IMG/VR virus record: IMGVR_UViG_3300034171_000062
Coordinates: 64,001 to 128,000 of that record
Reading direction: 5' to 3' (one strand)
Length of the DNA stretch: 64,000 bases
Origin: a virus
Lineage: Duplodnaviria; Caudoviricetes
Numbering within the stretch: position 1 is the stretch's first letter; each line of letters opens with the position of its first letter. The notes beneath the pieces were generated by a model. It was not told the origin of the DNA. It did no database searches and worked only from the letters and a program-made list of their open reading frames with translations. Made by a program: the position numbers and the translations under genes. Shown here piece by piece: positions 1 to 8,746 of this stretch.

Positions 1-663
1 GTCGAACGTCAAGTTTGAGGGGACGTTGACGTCGGCCCCGGCCGCAATACCGTTCAACTTAGACAACAAGGCGTCGGTCAGGTCGTTCTCCGACAGACCT
101 TTGCCCGTCACCTTATCGACCTTCCCTGCTAACGCCGACCCAAGGCCTGCAATGGAGGCGATGGTCAGATTCTCTAGAGTGTCTCGGTTCACCTTAATGA
201 AATCAACGATCTCTTGAATCTCGTCGAGGGTGCCGTCATCGCTGTTGATCAGGGCGTTGATCGCATCCACCGCGTCCTTAAGAACCTTACCCTGCGCCGC
301 ACTCAAGGGCGCATCGGCGGTGTTGCTGGTCAGGTCGTTAACGATGGTCGCTATGTCGATCTTTAACCCAAGTGCCTGATCCAGCTGTGTTTGGGTGTAA
401 TATCGAGCGTCGTGATCGCCACTGAGGGTGTGATCGTAGATCCCTTTGGCGGTGAGCAGTTGACCAACGCTGTTTACGTTACGTGCTGAGGTGACGGCGT
501 TGGGTATCTCACTTAGACCCACTTGCACTTTGGTGACACCGTGTGGATTATCAACTCGACCAAAGTGAGTGTCCGTGCGCCCAAAGAGTCCGTCTAACCG
601 TTCTTTGAGCACGGTGAACATCGATTCGATGGACGACCGTAGTTGCTTATCTGATTCAGACAT
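1..663 (-). CDS. Tail fibre-like virion protein, N-terminal part (runs off the left edge of the window)
   Basis: Manual translation from ATG at 663: MSESDKQLRSSIESMF...HFGRVDNPHGVTKVQVGLSEIPN...LSAAQGKVLKD...TLDEIQEIVDFIK...KVDKVTGKGLSEND. The frame is open to position 1. It carries the NPHxVTKxQVGL repeat seen in the other fibre genes. Not in the ORF track because it is truncated. Confidence 0.8.
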   Translation of the reverse strand, partial: MSESDKQLRSSIESMFTVLKERLDGLFGRTDTHFGRVDNPHGVTKVQVGLSEIPNAVTSARNVNSVGQLLTAKGIYDHTLSGDHDARYYTQTQLDQALGLKIDIATIVNDLTSNTADAPLSAAQGKVLKDAVDAINALINSDDGTLDEIQEIVDFIKVNRDTLENLTIASIAGLGSALAGKVDKVTGKGLSENDLTDALLSKLNGIAAGADVNVPSNLTFD

Positions 664-682
664 GATGGTAATTCCCCGTACC

Positions 683-730
683 CAAAAAATAATAAGACGA
701 GGGCTCCCCGGTTACAGGATGCCCTCGTCT
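683..730 (-). terminator. Intrinsic terminator after the 85-aa gene
   Basis: Inverted repeat AGACGAGGGC (695-704) / GCCCTCGTCT (721-730), followed on the minus strand by TTATTATTTTT. Confidence 0.65.
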
Positions 731-754
731 GGAATCCGAACGTTGCGCTATACC

Positions 755-1012
755 TTAATCCTGAGCGGCGGTGGCGTTGATCTTAGTCCCAGACCACTTC
801 TCGTAAATCTCTTTTACAGCGGTGACGTCTTTGGTGTTGTTCAGAGCGTTGTCGATCAGTTTGATGATCTTATCGTCGATTTCATTGTCGGTCTTCGCCG
901 CCAACTTCACCAAGTGATCTACAATGATGCGCTTTACCGCTGCGGTCCCCAAAAGACTCAGAAGCATGGTGCCAATGGTGCTGAGGATGGATGTCTTTTT
1001 CTGTTCGCTCAT
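755..1012 (-). CDS. Small protein with an N-terminal hydrophobic helix (holin-like or membrane-associated; function unknown)
   Basis: 85 aa; hydrophobic ILSTIGTMLLSLLGTAAV then a charged helical region; GGGAG RBS upstream. Confidence 0.6.
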   Translation of the reverse strand: MSEQKKTSILSTIGTMLLSLLGTAAVKRIIVDHLVKLAAKTDNEIDDKIIKLIDNALNNTKDVTAVKEIYEKWSGTKINATAAQD

Positions 1013-1080
1013 GATACTACTCCCGGTCTATGAAAAGAAACACTGTCATATCATTTCCATGGCTTCCGCCTATACCGAGG

Positions 1081-1109
1081 CGGAATAAAAGGAGACCCGA
1101 AGGTCTCCT
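1081..1109 (-). terminator. Terminator closing the biosynthetic cluster
   Basis: Minus strand AGGAGACC-TTCG-GGTCTCCT-TTTATTCCG, overlapping the stop codon of the last desaturase. Confidence 0.85.
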
Positions 1110-1920
1110 AGGATTTTGTTCCTTGGCGGAGGAGTTCTTGTAGGTCTTTTGGGCGGTCCGGTTGCGGGCGTCTTCGAATCAGTTGAATGAACCACGCAGC
1201 AAAGTCCACCTCGTACCAACGCTCACTGATGTTCCAGCGACTGGGGTCGGCGTGGTGGTTGTTGTGCCAACCGTCACCAACCGTGACTATGTTCACCAAC
1301 CAGCTGTTGCGGCTGTCGTCGTCCGTCTCGTGGTTGCGGTAGCCCCACGTGTGACCGAAGGTGTTAAAGAACCCTTTGACGTGAAACAGCAACGCGGCAG
1401 GGATCGCATATAAGAACAGCGCTGCCTTCCAGTCAACCGCCCACAGTCCAAACGCATACGCTGCCAATATAGGTACGTAGTACTTATGGGTTAATTGATA
1501 CCCACGCGCGCGCACTTCCCGTTTGGCCACTCTTGGGTCAAGAAAGACCTTGCGTTCCATCCATTCGCCGAACCAAGCTTCTCGCCAACCCTGAACAGTA
1601 GGGCTGTGTGAGTCCCGGTTGGTGTCTGCGTACTTGTGGTGTGTGCGGTGTACCAATAGGTTCATCAGTGGTGAAGCGATGGTGCACAGCATACCACACG
1701 TCACTAGAAGGTACCGCCAAGCGGGAGATGTCTCAAACGAGCGGTGGGCTTCCAGTCGATGATACCCCACAGTTACCCCAAAGAACCCGTACACAAAGTA
1801 CGCTAAAAGCATCCACCCCAACCAGTCCCACGTGCCGTGGTAGATAGCCCAGGCGAGTCCTACGGTTGCGGTGAACTGGAGCGCGATCTGCCAGTACTTC
1901 AGCTGCACGTGTGGCTTCAT
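1108..1920 (-). CDS. Membrane fatty-acid desaturase (delta-9/DesC/Ole1-like), copy 4
   Basis: His boxes HRLEAH, HRTHH and GDGWHNNHH; transmembrane segments; ATGA overlap with the upstream desaturase. Confidence 0.92.
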   Translation of the reverse strand: MKPHVQLKYWQIALQFTATVGLAWAIYHGTWDWLGWMLLAYFVYGFFGVTVGYHRLEAHRSFETSPAWRYLLVTCGMLCTIASPLMNLLVHRTHHKYADTNRDSHSPTVQGWREAWFGEWMERKVFLDPRVAKREVRARGYQLTHKYYVPILAAYAFGLWAVDWKAALFLYAIPAALLFHVKGFFNTFGHTWGYRNHETDDDSRNSWLVNIVTVGDGWHNNHHADPSRWNISERWYEVDFAAWFIQLIRRRPQPDRPKDLQELLRQGTKS

Positions 1921-2678
1921 GATGTCCTCGGTTTACGGATCAGACGAATGATGACGGCGGGCAAATCCACTTCCCACCATTTATCCCAGTTGTTCCAATC
2001 GTTTGGACGTTGATGGTGGTTGTTGTGATACCCTTCTCCGACAAACAGCCACGCCACCAGTAGCGAATTGGTGGAGGCATCGTCGACGTCGTGGTTGCGG
2101 TATCCGCCGGTGTGGCACCAGGCCGAGGCAAACCCAAAGATCACCCACATCAAGGCACTGGGAAGTGCGTACGCAAACAAGAACAGACGCCAATCGATCA
2201 CCAGGAGAATCAACGCGGTGCCGTAGACGATCTTGAAATAGTTGCGGTGAAAGAATTGAACGTCCTTCTCTCGAGCCAAGTCCCGGATGGATCTGGGTGA
2301 GCACTTCTTCAGATTCCACCCAATAGACAACCAGGCTCGGTAGAACCCCAACAACCGAGGGCTGTGTGGGTCGCCGTCTGTGTCTGGATACATGTGATGC
2401 GTACGGTGCACCATGGTCCAGGTAATAGGCGATCCTAATGACATCATCGAACCACAGTACAACAAGAACCAGCGGATGGGTGTGTAGGTCTCATAACTGC
2501 GATGGGCCACGTATCGGTGAAAGCCGACCGAGTTCCCAAAGACGCTGAGGGTCACGTACACCCCCAGGGTCCACCACAACCACTGCCACTGACCGAACGC
2601 AGTCAGATACGCAATGGCAACCCCTCCGAAGAGGGCGTTAAAAAGATTGAGGCAGTCTAATCTGCGCGCTTCAGTCAT
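1917..2678 (-). CDS. Membrane fatty-acid desaturase (delta-9-like), copy 3
   Basis: His boxes HRYVAH, HRTHH and GEGYHNNHH; DPHSP motif; AGGAGA RBS. Confidence 0.92.
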   Translation of the reverse strand: MTEARRLDCLNLFNALFGGVAIAYLTAFGQWQWLWWTLGVYVTLSVFGNSVGFHRYVAHRSYETYTPIRWFLLYCGSMMSLGSPITWTMVHRTHHMYPDTDGDPHSPRLLGFYRAWLSIGWNLKKCSPRSIRDLAREKDVQFFHRNYFKIVYGTALILLVIDWRLFLFAYALPSALMWVIFGFASAWCHTGGYRNHDVDDASTNSLLVAWLFVGEGYHNNHHQRPNDWNNWDKWWEVDLPAVIIRLIRKPRTS

Positions 2679-2687
2679 GATGGTCTC

Positions 2688-3482
2688 CTACGTCTTGAAT
2701 CGTGGCAACGGATGGTGGCGGTGGTGAATGAGTTTGATGACCTGCGCCGGGATGTCCCACTCCCACCAATTTACCCGAGTGTTCCACCGAGACGGGTGCG
2801 CGTGGTGGTTGTTGTGCCAGCCTTCGCCCATGGTGATCAGGTTCGCGATCCAACTGTTGCGACTGGTGTCGCCCTTGAGATCAAACGTCCGATAGCCGTG
2901 TAGGTGAGGGATGACGATGATGCCGCAGGCGCTGTGCAGCGACAGCACCGCCGGAATCGCATAGACAAAAACCACGCCTTGCCACCCAAGAGTAGCAAAC
3001 AGCGCCACGTTCCACACCGCAATGACGTGGAAGTAGTATTTGTGGGTCCATTTGTAGAACGGGTCTTTACGCAACCGCTTGGAGACTTGCCCGGCTTTCT
3101 TAAACCCTGAGGTGTTCCAAGCCCCAAACCACGCGCGTAAGACCCCAATGCGCTGAGGGCTGTGTGGGTCGTGTTCGTCGTCGGTGTGTATGTGGTGGAT
3201 GCGGTGCACGATCGTCCATGCCATGGGTGACCCCACGGTGGTGACAATGCCACAGAACATCAACACCGCTTCAATGGGTCGGTAGGTCTTAAAGGCCCCA
3301 TGGGCTAAGAACCGATGGAACCCAACGTCGATGCCTAAGATCCCTGTGACCCAATACGTCAGCCAGGCGGTCAGCAACCACAGCCACTGTCCTTCCATCA
3401 CCGCCCAGACGCCCACTGGGATCGCCACGGCGTGCGTCAGTATCTGGAGTAGGCGAACCCCCACGTTGTGCGTTAACTTCAC
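2688..3482 (-). CDS. Membrane fatty-acid desaturase (delta-9-like), copy 2
   Basis: His boxes HRFLAH, HRIHH and GEGWHNNHH; DPHSP motif; GTG start. Confidence 0.92.
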   Translation of the reverse strand: MKLTHNVGVRLLQILTHAVAIPVGVWAVMEGQWLWLLTAWLTYWVTGILGIDVGFHRFLAHGAFKTYRPIEAVLMFCGIVTTVGSPMAWTIVHRIHHIHTDDEHDPHSPQRIGVLRAWFGAWNTSGFKKAGQVSKRLRKDPFYKWTHKYYFHVIAVWNVALFATLGWQGVVFVYAIPAVLSLHSACGIIVIPHLHGYRTFDLKGDTSRNSWIANLITMGEGWHNNHHAHPSRWNTRVNWWEWDIPAQVIKLIHHRHHPLPRFKT

Positions 3483-3487
3483 GGTAA

Positions 3488-4246
3488 TTACCCTCTTCGT
3501 TTAATAACCCAAATGAACCAAGCCGTAGGATCGAGTTCCCACCACTTGTGCTGAAAACTGTACCGCCCAGGGTAAGCATGGTGGTTGTTGTGCCAGCCGT
3601 CGCCCACGGTTAAAATATGGGTGACCAGACTGTTCTTAGAATGGTCTTTGGTCTCGTAGTTCCGATAGCCCCATTGATGTGCAAAGATCCCCAACACGTA
3701 GGCGATTAAGAACGCATGCAACGCCGCGGGGAGCACGTACCCCGCCAACACCAAGTCCAACCCACCGAGGACGTAGAGACCCACCACCGCTAACGCGTGT
3801 ATGTAGAAATACCACCGATCCATAAACACCATGATCGGATCTTTCAGCACGTCCTTCATCGCTACCCGACGCCCGTCGTGTTCGAGGTGGTACAGGCAGA
3901 ACAACGCTTTCCAATGCCCCACGACTCGATGGCAATGGGGGTCTTTCTCCGTGTCCGAGTATCGGTGGTGGGCGCGGTGTATCCAGGCCCAACTGATCGG
4001 ACTGCCCGTCAAACACAGCACGCTGAGTATCCCCATTACGAACTCCACCGGGGGGTAGGTCTCATAACTGCGGTGAGAAACCAAGCGGTGCAGATAAGCG
4101 TTGAACCCCACGAGTTGTTGAACGCAGTACACAGCCAATGTTACCCACAGTAAGTCCGGGCGCTCCCAGAGAAGGTAAGCCGTCGCAGGAAAGAACGCCG
4201 CCCAAACGTAGAGTCGGTAGACGTTCATCCGAGGGGTACTATACAT
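3488..4246 (-). CDS. Membrane fatty-acid desaturase (delta-9-like), copy 1
   Basis: His boxes HRLVSH, HRAHH and GDGWHNNHH. Start moved to ATG 4246 (MYSTPR), which overlaps the ketosynthase stop codon. Confidence 0.9.
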   Translation of the reverse strand: MYSTPRMNVYRLYVWAAFFPATAYLLWERPDLLWVTLAVYCVQQLVGFNAYLHRLVSHRSYETYPPVEFVMGILSVLCLTGSPISWAWIHRAHHRYSDTEKDPHCHRVVGHWKALFCLYHLEHDGRRVAMKDVLKDPIMVFMDRWYFYIHALAVVGLYVLGGLDLVLAGYVLPAALHAFLIAYVLGIFAHQWGYRNYETKDHSKNSLVTHILTVGDGWHNNHHAYPGRYSFQHKWWELDPTAWFIWVIKRRG

Positions 4247-5456
4247 AGCGAGAAACTCCCAGTACGCAGTTGAGCCCACCAAAACCAAACGCGTTTTTGA
4301 CAAACGCCGTCATGGGTTTTCGAATGGGGGCCTTAGGTAAGTTGATGGGGGGCAAGTCTGGATCGTATTCCAAGTTGCCGTGTGAAACAATGAAACCTTC
4401 TTGCATCATGTACAGACACAGGATCAATTCAACGATGCCACTGGCTGTGACGCTGTGGCCGAGGAGCCGTTTAAGAGCCACCACAGGCACGTCTTTAGAT
4501 CTCTCGCACTCGGCCAACACTTTGGCTTCTATAGCGTCGCCTTTGAGCGTAGAGGTCGCGTGAGCAGAGATAAAGTCCGGACAGATGCCATACCGATGCC
4601 ATAGGGTGTCTAAGACCGACGATAATGAGGCCAGTCCACCTTCGCCGGTGGGGTTGGTTAGGTCGTGTCCATCGGAGTAATCGGCGTACTCCAACGCGAT
4701 GCCGTAGTTGCGTTGCTGGGTCTCGGGGCGTTTAAAATACGCGGCCCTGGATTCCAAGATCACACACCCGGCGCCTTCGCCGACGGTGAAGCCTGCTCGG
4801 TGCGGTGAGAAGGGGACCGAGGCGTGCTCCAAGTTCGGCCCGCGATACAACGCCCGCATGGCATCGAACCCTCCGACAATTTCTTGTAAGACCTTCTCAA
4901 CGCTGACGCAAATGACAACGTCGGCCCGACCTAACTCAATCAGGTCCATGCCCTGAGTCACCACACGGAGGCCGCTGGCACAGGCGTGTTGTACGGTGTG
5001 GATTGGTCCCTTAATCCCCAGAAGGGTGGCTAGAGGACCCGTCACAGCCGTAGGGAGTGACTTTAAGAGATCGAAGGGCGAACTGCGTTTGTCTGGGTTC
5101 ATTAACGACGCATGAGCGTCCATCCCAGTGGCCCCAAACGCTGAAACCAACGCCACCCTCGGCCCTGTCTCCGAATCCCGACACACGGCCTCAGGATCGT
5201 ATCCGGCGTCTTTTAACGCTTTGCGGATAACGTAGTAAGAGAGGTTCAAGGCGTCGTTAGCAATACTCCGGGGGATGTCTGGCGCTAAGAATTGGGTATT
5301 CTCAATGCAAGGTGCGACGGAGGTGGCCTTGACGTGGGGCCAAAGTTCGATCAACGGTTGTATAGTCACGCGTTCCATCTTCAACGCTGAAACGATCTCT
5401 GAATGGTCGGTCCCATACGGTGAGAGAGAGCCGATGCCGGTAATGATTGCAGACAT
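4239..5456 (-). CDS. fabF: Beta-ketoacyl-ACP synthase (FabF/FabB-type, KAS I/II family)
   Basis: Start MSAIITGIG at 5456 with an ACAGGA RBS. Catalytic Cys in HACASG, His in SAHATST and His in LLGHS. Also has PF..RAGF..GEGAG and C-terminal NAFGFGGLN. Confidence 0.88.
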   Translation of the reverse strand: MSAIITGIGSLSPYGTDHSEIVSALKMERVTIQPLIELWPHVKATSVAPCIENTQFLAPDIPRSIANDALNLSYYVIRKALKDAGYDPEAVCRDSETGPRVALVSAFGATGMDAHASLMNPDKRSSPFDLLKSLPTAVTGPLATLLGIKGPIHTVQHACASGLRVVTQGMDLIELGRADVVICVSVEKVLQEIVGGFDAMRALYRGPNLEHASVPFSPHRAGFTVGEGAGCVILESRAAYFKRPETQQRNYGIALEYADYSDGHDLTNPTGEGGLASLSSVLDTLWHRYGICPDFISAHATSTLKGDAIEAKVLAECERSKDVPVVALKRLLGHSVTASGIVELILCLYMMQEGFIVSHGNLEYDPDLPPINLPKAPIRKPMTAFVKNAFGFGGLNCVLGVSRYV

Positions 5457-5527
5457 GGCGATGTCCTGTGTAAATGTGGGTTTGAATCGATATATGTGAG
5501 ACCAGGGTGCACAATTACGTTGGACCA

Positions 5528-5565
5528 TAAGGCAACCGCAGCCCGATTGGACCACCGTTGCCTTA
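5528..5565. repeat. 9-bp inverted repeat in the only sizeable intergenic gap of the cluster
   Basis: TAAGGCAAC (5528-5536) / GTTGCCTTA (5557-5565); on the minus strand the right arm runs into TTATGG. Confidence 0.55.
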
Positions 5566-5572
5566 AGTAAGA

Positions 5573-6097
5573 TCACTCTAAAAAGTCGATGATCAATAAG
5601 CCCAGTTGGGACCCATTACTGCCCCCCACTAAGGTGAGAAACTTTCCACTCAGTCGAACGATCTCTTTCACGCCCACCGACTCGTCGTTGATCAGCACGT
5701 CGTTCTCCGCCACCGCCAAGTACCCGGTCTGGGTCAACTCGTAGGTCTCCCCCGGTGCCAGCACTATCTTCTCAGCGGTGATGACGCGGTGTTTGGCGTT
5801 GCCGGTGCTCAAACAAAAGCCAACGGTGCCGTCTTCCAGCGCTTCCACTTCGGCCCACCGAGGGTTGGCCTTTGTAGGCACGGGGTCCGAGGCCCACAGA
5901 GTGTACTCGTTAAACGTGTTGCGGGTATGGGTACCGCCTTGCACAATAAACCGAGCTTCTTTAACGGGGATGAAATCGTCGGCCATGGTTTCTTGGTAGT
6001 CGGGTTTTCTACCTAGAATGAACTTCTCACCTTTGTCCACGTAGAACCAGGCGCAGGCTACGCCTTCGTCTTTTAGTCGATGCACTCGAGTTCGCAT
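5573..6097 (-). CDS. Hypothetical beta-rich protein (possibly cupin-like) in the biosynthetic cluster
   Basis: Start MRTRVHRL at 6097 with an AAGGA RBS; co-oriented in the operon; beta-strand-like patterns such as KIVLAPGETYEL. Confidence 0.65.
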   Translation of the reverse strand: MRTRVHRLKDEGVACAWFYVDKGEKFILGRKPDYQETMADDFIPVKEARFIVQGGTHTRNTFNEYTLWASDPVPTKANPRWAEVEALEDGTVGFCLSTGNAKHRVITAEKIVLAPGETYELTQTGYLAVAENDVLINDESVGVKEIVRLSGKFLTLVGGSNGSQLGLLIIDFLE

Positions 6098-6107
6098 GTC
6101 TTCGTCC

Positions 6108-6662
6108 TTACTCTTTAAGGTAAACGTCAATGGGAATGGCCAAACGCAACCCAACGCGATGTTCCTGCACGTAGTGTTGCAAGTACGACGGAAAGATCAG
6201 CAGCCCTCCCCGCTCGGGCTTGTGCTTGTACGTTCGGAAGTGGTTGTTGATCACGTCGTGTGGGTACCCACGAGAAGCCAATCCGCGAGGGTCTACCATA
6301 GACAGGTACCCTTCTTCGCCTTCCAAGTAATACAACGCTGAGACGTGAGCACCGCTGTGGTGGTGGAGTGGACTGCCGTGACCGTCACTGCTGTTGCGTA
6401 CCCAGGCTTGCCAATTGTCGATCAGGGGTTCGTAGTTAAACTGATCCCACGCGTACTGCATCATCAAAGGCACCACGTTCTCCGCAATGAACTTCTTGAG
6501 GTTGGGGTACTGAGGTAAGTGCAGATTGCGCGTTTCATCGATGTGCTGCCCGTCCAACTGCCTCGGTTGCATCATCGCCTCGTACACTAGGGCGTCGTGG
6601 TTCTCGGCAACAACCGTATCGGCGCGAAGGACGACTGGCCAAGGGTGAATGTCGATGGGCAT
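6108..6662 (-). CDS. Putative 2OG-Fe(II) oxygenase (TIGR02466-like), copy 2
   Basis: W..HHHSG..SALYYL..DPRG..GLLIFPSYLQHYV..RLAI motif series; AAGGAG RBS. Confidence 0.8.
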   Translation of the reverse strand: MPIDIHPWPVVLRADTVVAENHDALVYEAMMQPRQLDGQHIDETRNLHLPQYPNLKKFIAENVVPLMMQYAWDQFNYEPLIDNWQAWVRNSSDGHGSPLHHHSGAHVSALYYLEGEEGYLSMVDPRGLASRGYPHDVINNHFRTYKHKPERGGLLIFPSYLQHYVQEHRVGLRLAIPIDVYLKE

Positions 6663-6671
6663 GGAAACTCC

Positions 6672-7238
6672 TTATGTCGGTTCTTGCAGATAGATATCCA
6701 CTGGGATAGACACCCGCATGTCTTTGTCGTGACCGTCGACGTAGTGTTGCAAGTACGACGGAAAGATCACCAAGAGACCTTCTTTGGGGACCTCGCTAAA
6801 CAGATTGAAATGGTCGTTGCGCACCTGCGTTGGATACCCTCGACACGCCGACCCACGAGGATCGACCAAGTTGATCGCGCCACCGGAACACGCCATAGGG
6901 TAATAGATAGCGGACAACACCGACCCACTGTGTTCGTGCAACTTCATTCCTTGGCCGTCGGTGGTGACCCGGACCCAGGCGTTGTACGTGTACTGGACAG
7001 CGTCCAACCCCCAGCAGTCGTTAAGGTAAGCGAGCATCCTCGGAAGGATGTGCTCGTTGAGAAACGCGTTGGTCTGTGGGAAGTCAGTGTCCGTGACCGT
7101 GTTCTCATCCAGATCGAGGTTGTCAAAGTTACGGTTGGTTAAGCGCATCAGAGACTCGGTCACCAGGACCTCATTGTCCACGTCCTCTAACACGCTGCGC
7201 CTAACTACTGTTCGCCAAGGTTCGATGTCTTGAAACAT
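6672..7238 (-). CDS. Putative 2OG-Fe(II) oxygenase (TIGR02466-like), copy 1
   Basis: AWV..HEHSG..SAIYYP..DPRG..GLLVIFPSYLQHYV..RVSI; paralog of the downstream gene; start MFQDIEP at 7238 with a GGAGG RBS. Confidence 0.8.
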   Translation of the reverse strand: MFQDIEPWRTVVRRSVLEDVDNEVLVTESLMRLTNRNFDNLDLDENTVTDTDFPQTNAFLNEHILPRMLAYLNDCWGLDAVQYTYNAWVRVTTDGQGMKLHEHSGSVLSAIYYPMACSGGAINLVDPRGSACRGYPTQVRNDHFNLFSEVPKEGLLVIFPSYLQHYVDGHDKDMRVSIPVDIYLQEPT

Positions 7239-7657
7239 TCTGCCTCCGCCATGCACTCGGCTCGAAAATACGCAACGGTGTAGTCAACCCACTGGCCCGT
7301 TAAAGGAATGTTTTCCACCCCCCCAAAGGTATCAAGGATGGCGTCGTACGTGGTTGGGTCTTGTGAGTAAGGCACGAAATATTCGTCGTTGCCGTACAGC
7401 AGATCCGGGTCGTCCAACACCTCGAAGAACGCTTCGTTGAAGTGCTCCCACAAGAGACGCGCGTAGATCAACGCCACCGCATACGACTTCGCCGGATAGA
7501 CCAACACGTCTTGAGGGTCGGTGAAGTAAGCCACGGCCGGCACCACTAAGTCGTCGTGGTCCACCACGATGTCAAAGTTCTCCAACGCGTCCGTGTGTTC
7601 GGGCGTCATCAGGTGATACAGTTGCTGGTTGAGTTTCCAGGTTTTTTTGTGACTCAT
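7205..7657 (-). CDS. Hypothetical acidic protein of the radical SAM cluster
   Basis: ATGA overlap with the upstream rSAM stop; distinctive YPAKSYAVALIYA and DDPDLLYGNDEYFVPY segments. Confidence 0.75.
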   Translation of the reverse strand: MSHKKTWKLNQQLYHLMTPEHTDALENFDIVVDHDDLVVPAVAYFTDPQDVLVYPAKSYAVALIYARLLWEHFNEAFFEVLDDPDLLYGNDEYFVPYSQDPTTYDAILDTFGGVENIPLTGQWVDYTVAYFRAECMAEAECFKTSNLGEQ

Positions 7658-8742
7658 GCGCTCCGCCTCACCCAATTAAATTCACTTCTCAAGTCGCGGG
7701 CGGTGGAAATGCACCGATCGGCCTTGGTGATCTCCATCACTTTCTGCACGCCCCGTACCGCGCACTTGGCAACGAACTCACAGCCGCCACAGACGCCGTT
7801 GGACTGGGCTAACGTGATACACTCGAACATAGACGCTTCTTCTTGAGTAAAGATGTTCTCGAAGGTCCAGGGTCCGGCAACCCGATGTTCCGGTTCGAAT
7901 GAGGAAAACGCTTCTACGATGAACGGGGGGACAAACATCTCTCCGTTGCGATACACCACGTCCCAATCCTCACCCTCGTTGGTTTGCAGTTCCACAATTT
8001 CAAAGTGCTCGCCCTTCTCGTTGGCCGCGATGCGAGACTGAACCAGTAAGTGGTTCAAGTGGTGGAGGCTGGTTAGAAACCGATCCCGATTGGCTGGGTC
8101 TCGCAAACTTTCACGCCCATGGGGTAAAATGATGTCACTGTGGCTGGTGGGATGAAGATCGATGCGGTACGCCCGGGTCATGATGTCACTGGTCATGGTA
8201 AACCCACGTTTGGCGTCGTTGGCTATCGACTCTTCAAAGTTCATCACGCTGTAGACCCGAGTGATCTTCACCGTCTTCAAACAACTTTCAAAATACGCCA
8301 CCCGTTTGCAAAGCTTATCGACGTAGGACGGGTTGTCGATGTGTCTTACTTCAAAGGGCACGGTAAACTTCAACAACCCATTGGGAATCATCGCCTCCAT
8401 CTGTTGGGCCAGCTTTTGATAAATGAGGGGGTTGGGATCAAGGAACGCGCAGTTCAAAGTCGTCTTCATGAACCGCCGGGCAATGGACAAAACTCTGGGG
8501 TGTTCCAGAACGGCGTCTCTATTGTCAGAACTCAAAATGTCCGTGGGTCCTATGATGAAGTTGAGCATCTCCAGTTCTGCCACCTCGAAGCTGTCAAGCA
8601 TAGCGTCGATCCGGTCAAATTCTTCTTCAGTAGGAAGAACGTTGTCTTCTTTCTCCACCATACAGCCAGAGCAGTTGTGACGACATCCGGAGGCGATCTC
8701 CATAGTGAAGTCGATTAACTTATTGATTTGGGATATGTGCAT
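7654..8742 (-). CDS. Divergent radical SAM protein with a C-terminal Cys cluster (SPASM-like), rSAM-6
   Basis: CRHNCSGC motif near the true N-terminus (ATG 8742, MHISQ); C-terminal CGGCEFVAKC...C; GGEP replaced by GPTD. Confidence 0.75.
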   Translation of the reverse strand: MHISQINKLIDFTMEIASGCRHNCSGCMVEKEDNVLPTEEEFDRIDAMLDSFEVAELEMLNFIIGPTDILSSDNRDAVLEHPRVLSIARRFMKTTLNCAFLDPNPLIYQKLAQQMEAMIPNGLLKFTVPFEVRHIDNPSYVDKLCKRVAYFESCLKTVKITRVYSVMNFEESIANDAKRGFTMTSDIMTRAYRIDLHPTSHSDIILPHGRESLRDPANRDRFLTSLHHLNHLLVQSRIAANEKGEHFEIVELQTNEGEDWDVVYRNGEMFVPPFIVEAFSSFEPEHRVAGPWTFENIFTQEEASMFECITLAQSNGVCGGCEFVAKCAVRGVQKVMEITKADRCISTARDLRSEFNWVRRSA

Positions 8743-8746
8743 GTGC

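Noticed and set aside
755-1012. 85-aa protein as the missing acyl carrier protein
   Set aside because: It has no D-S-L-type phosphopantetheine motif, has a hydrophobic N-terminus, and lies beyond the cluster terminator.
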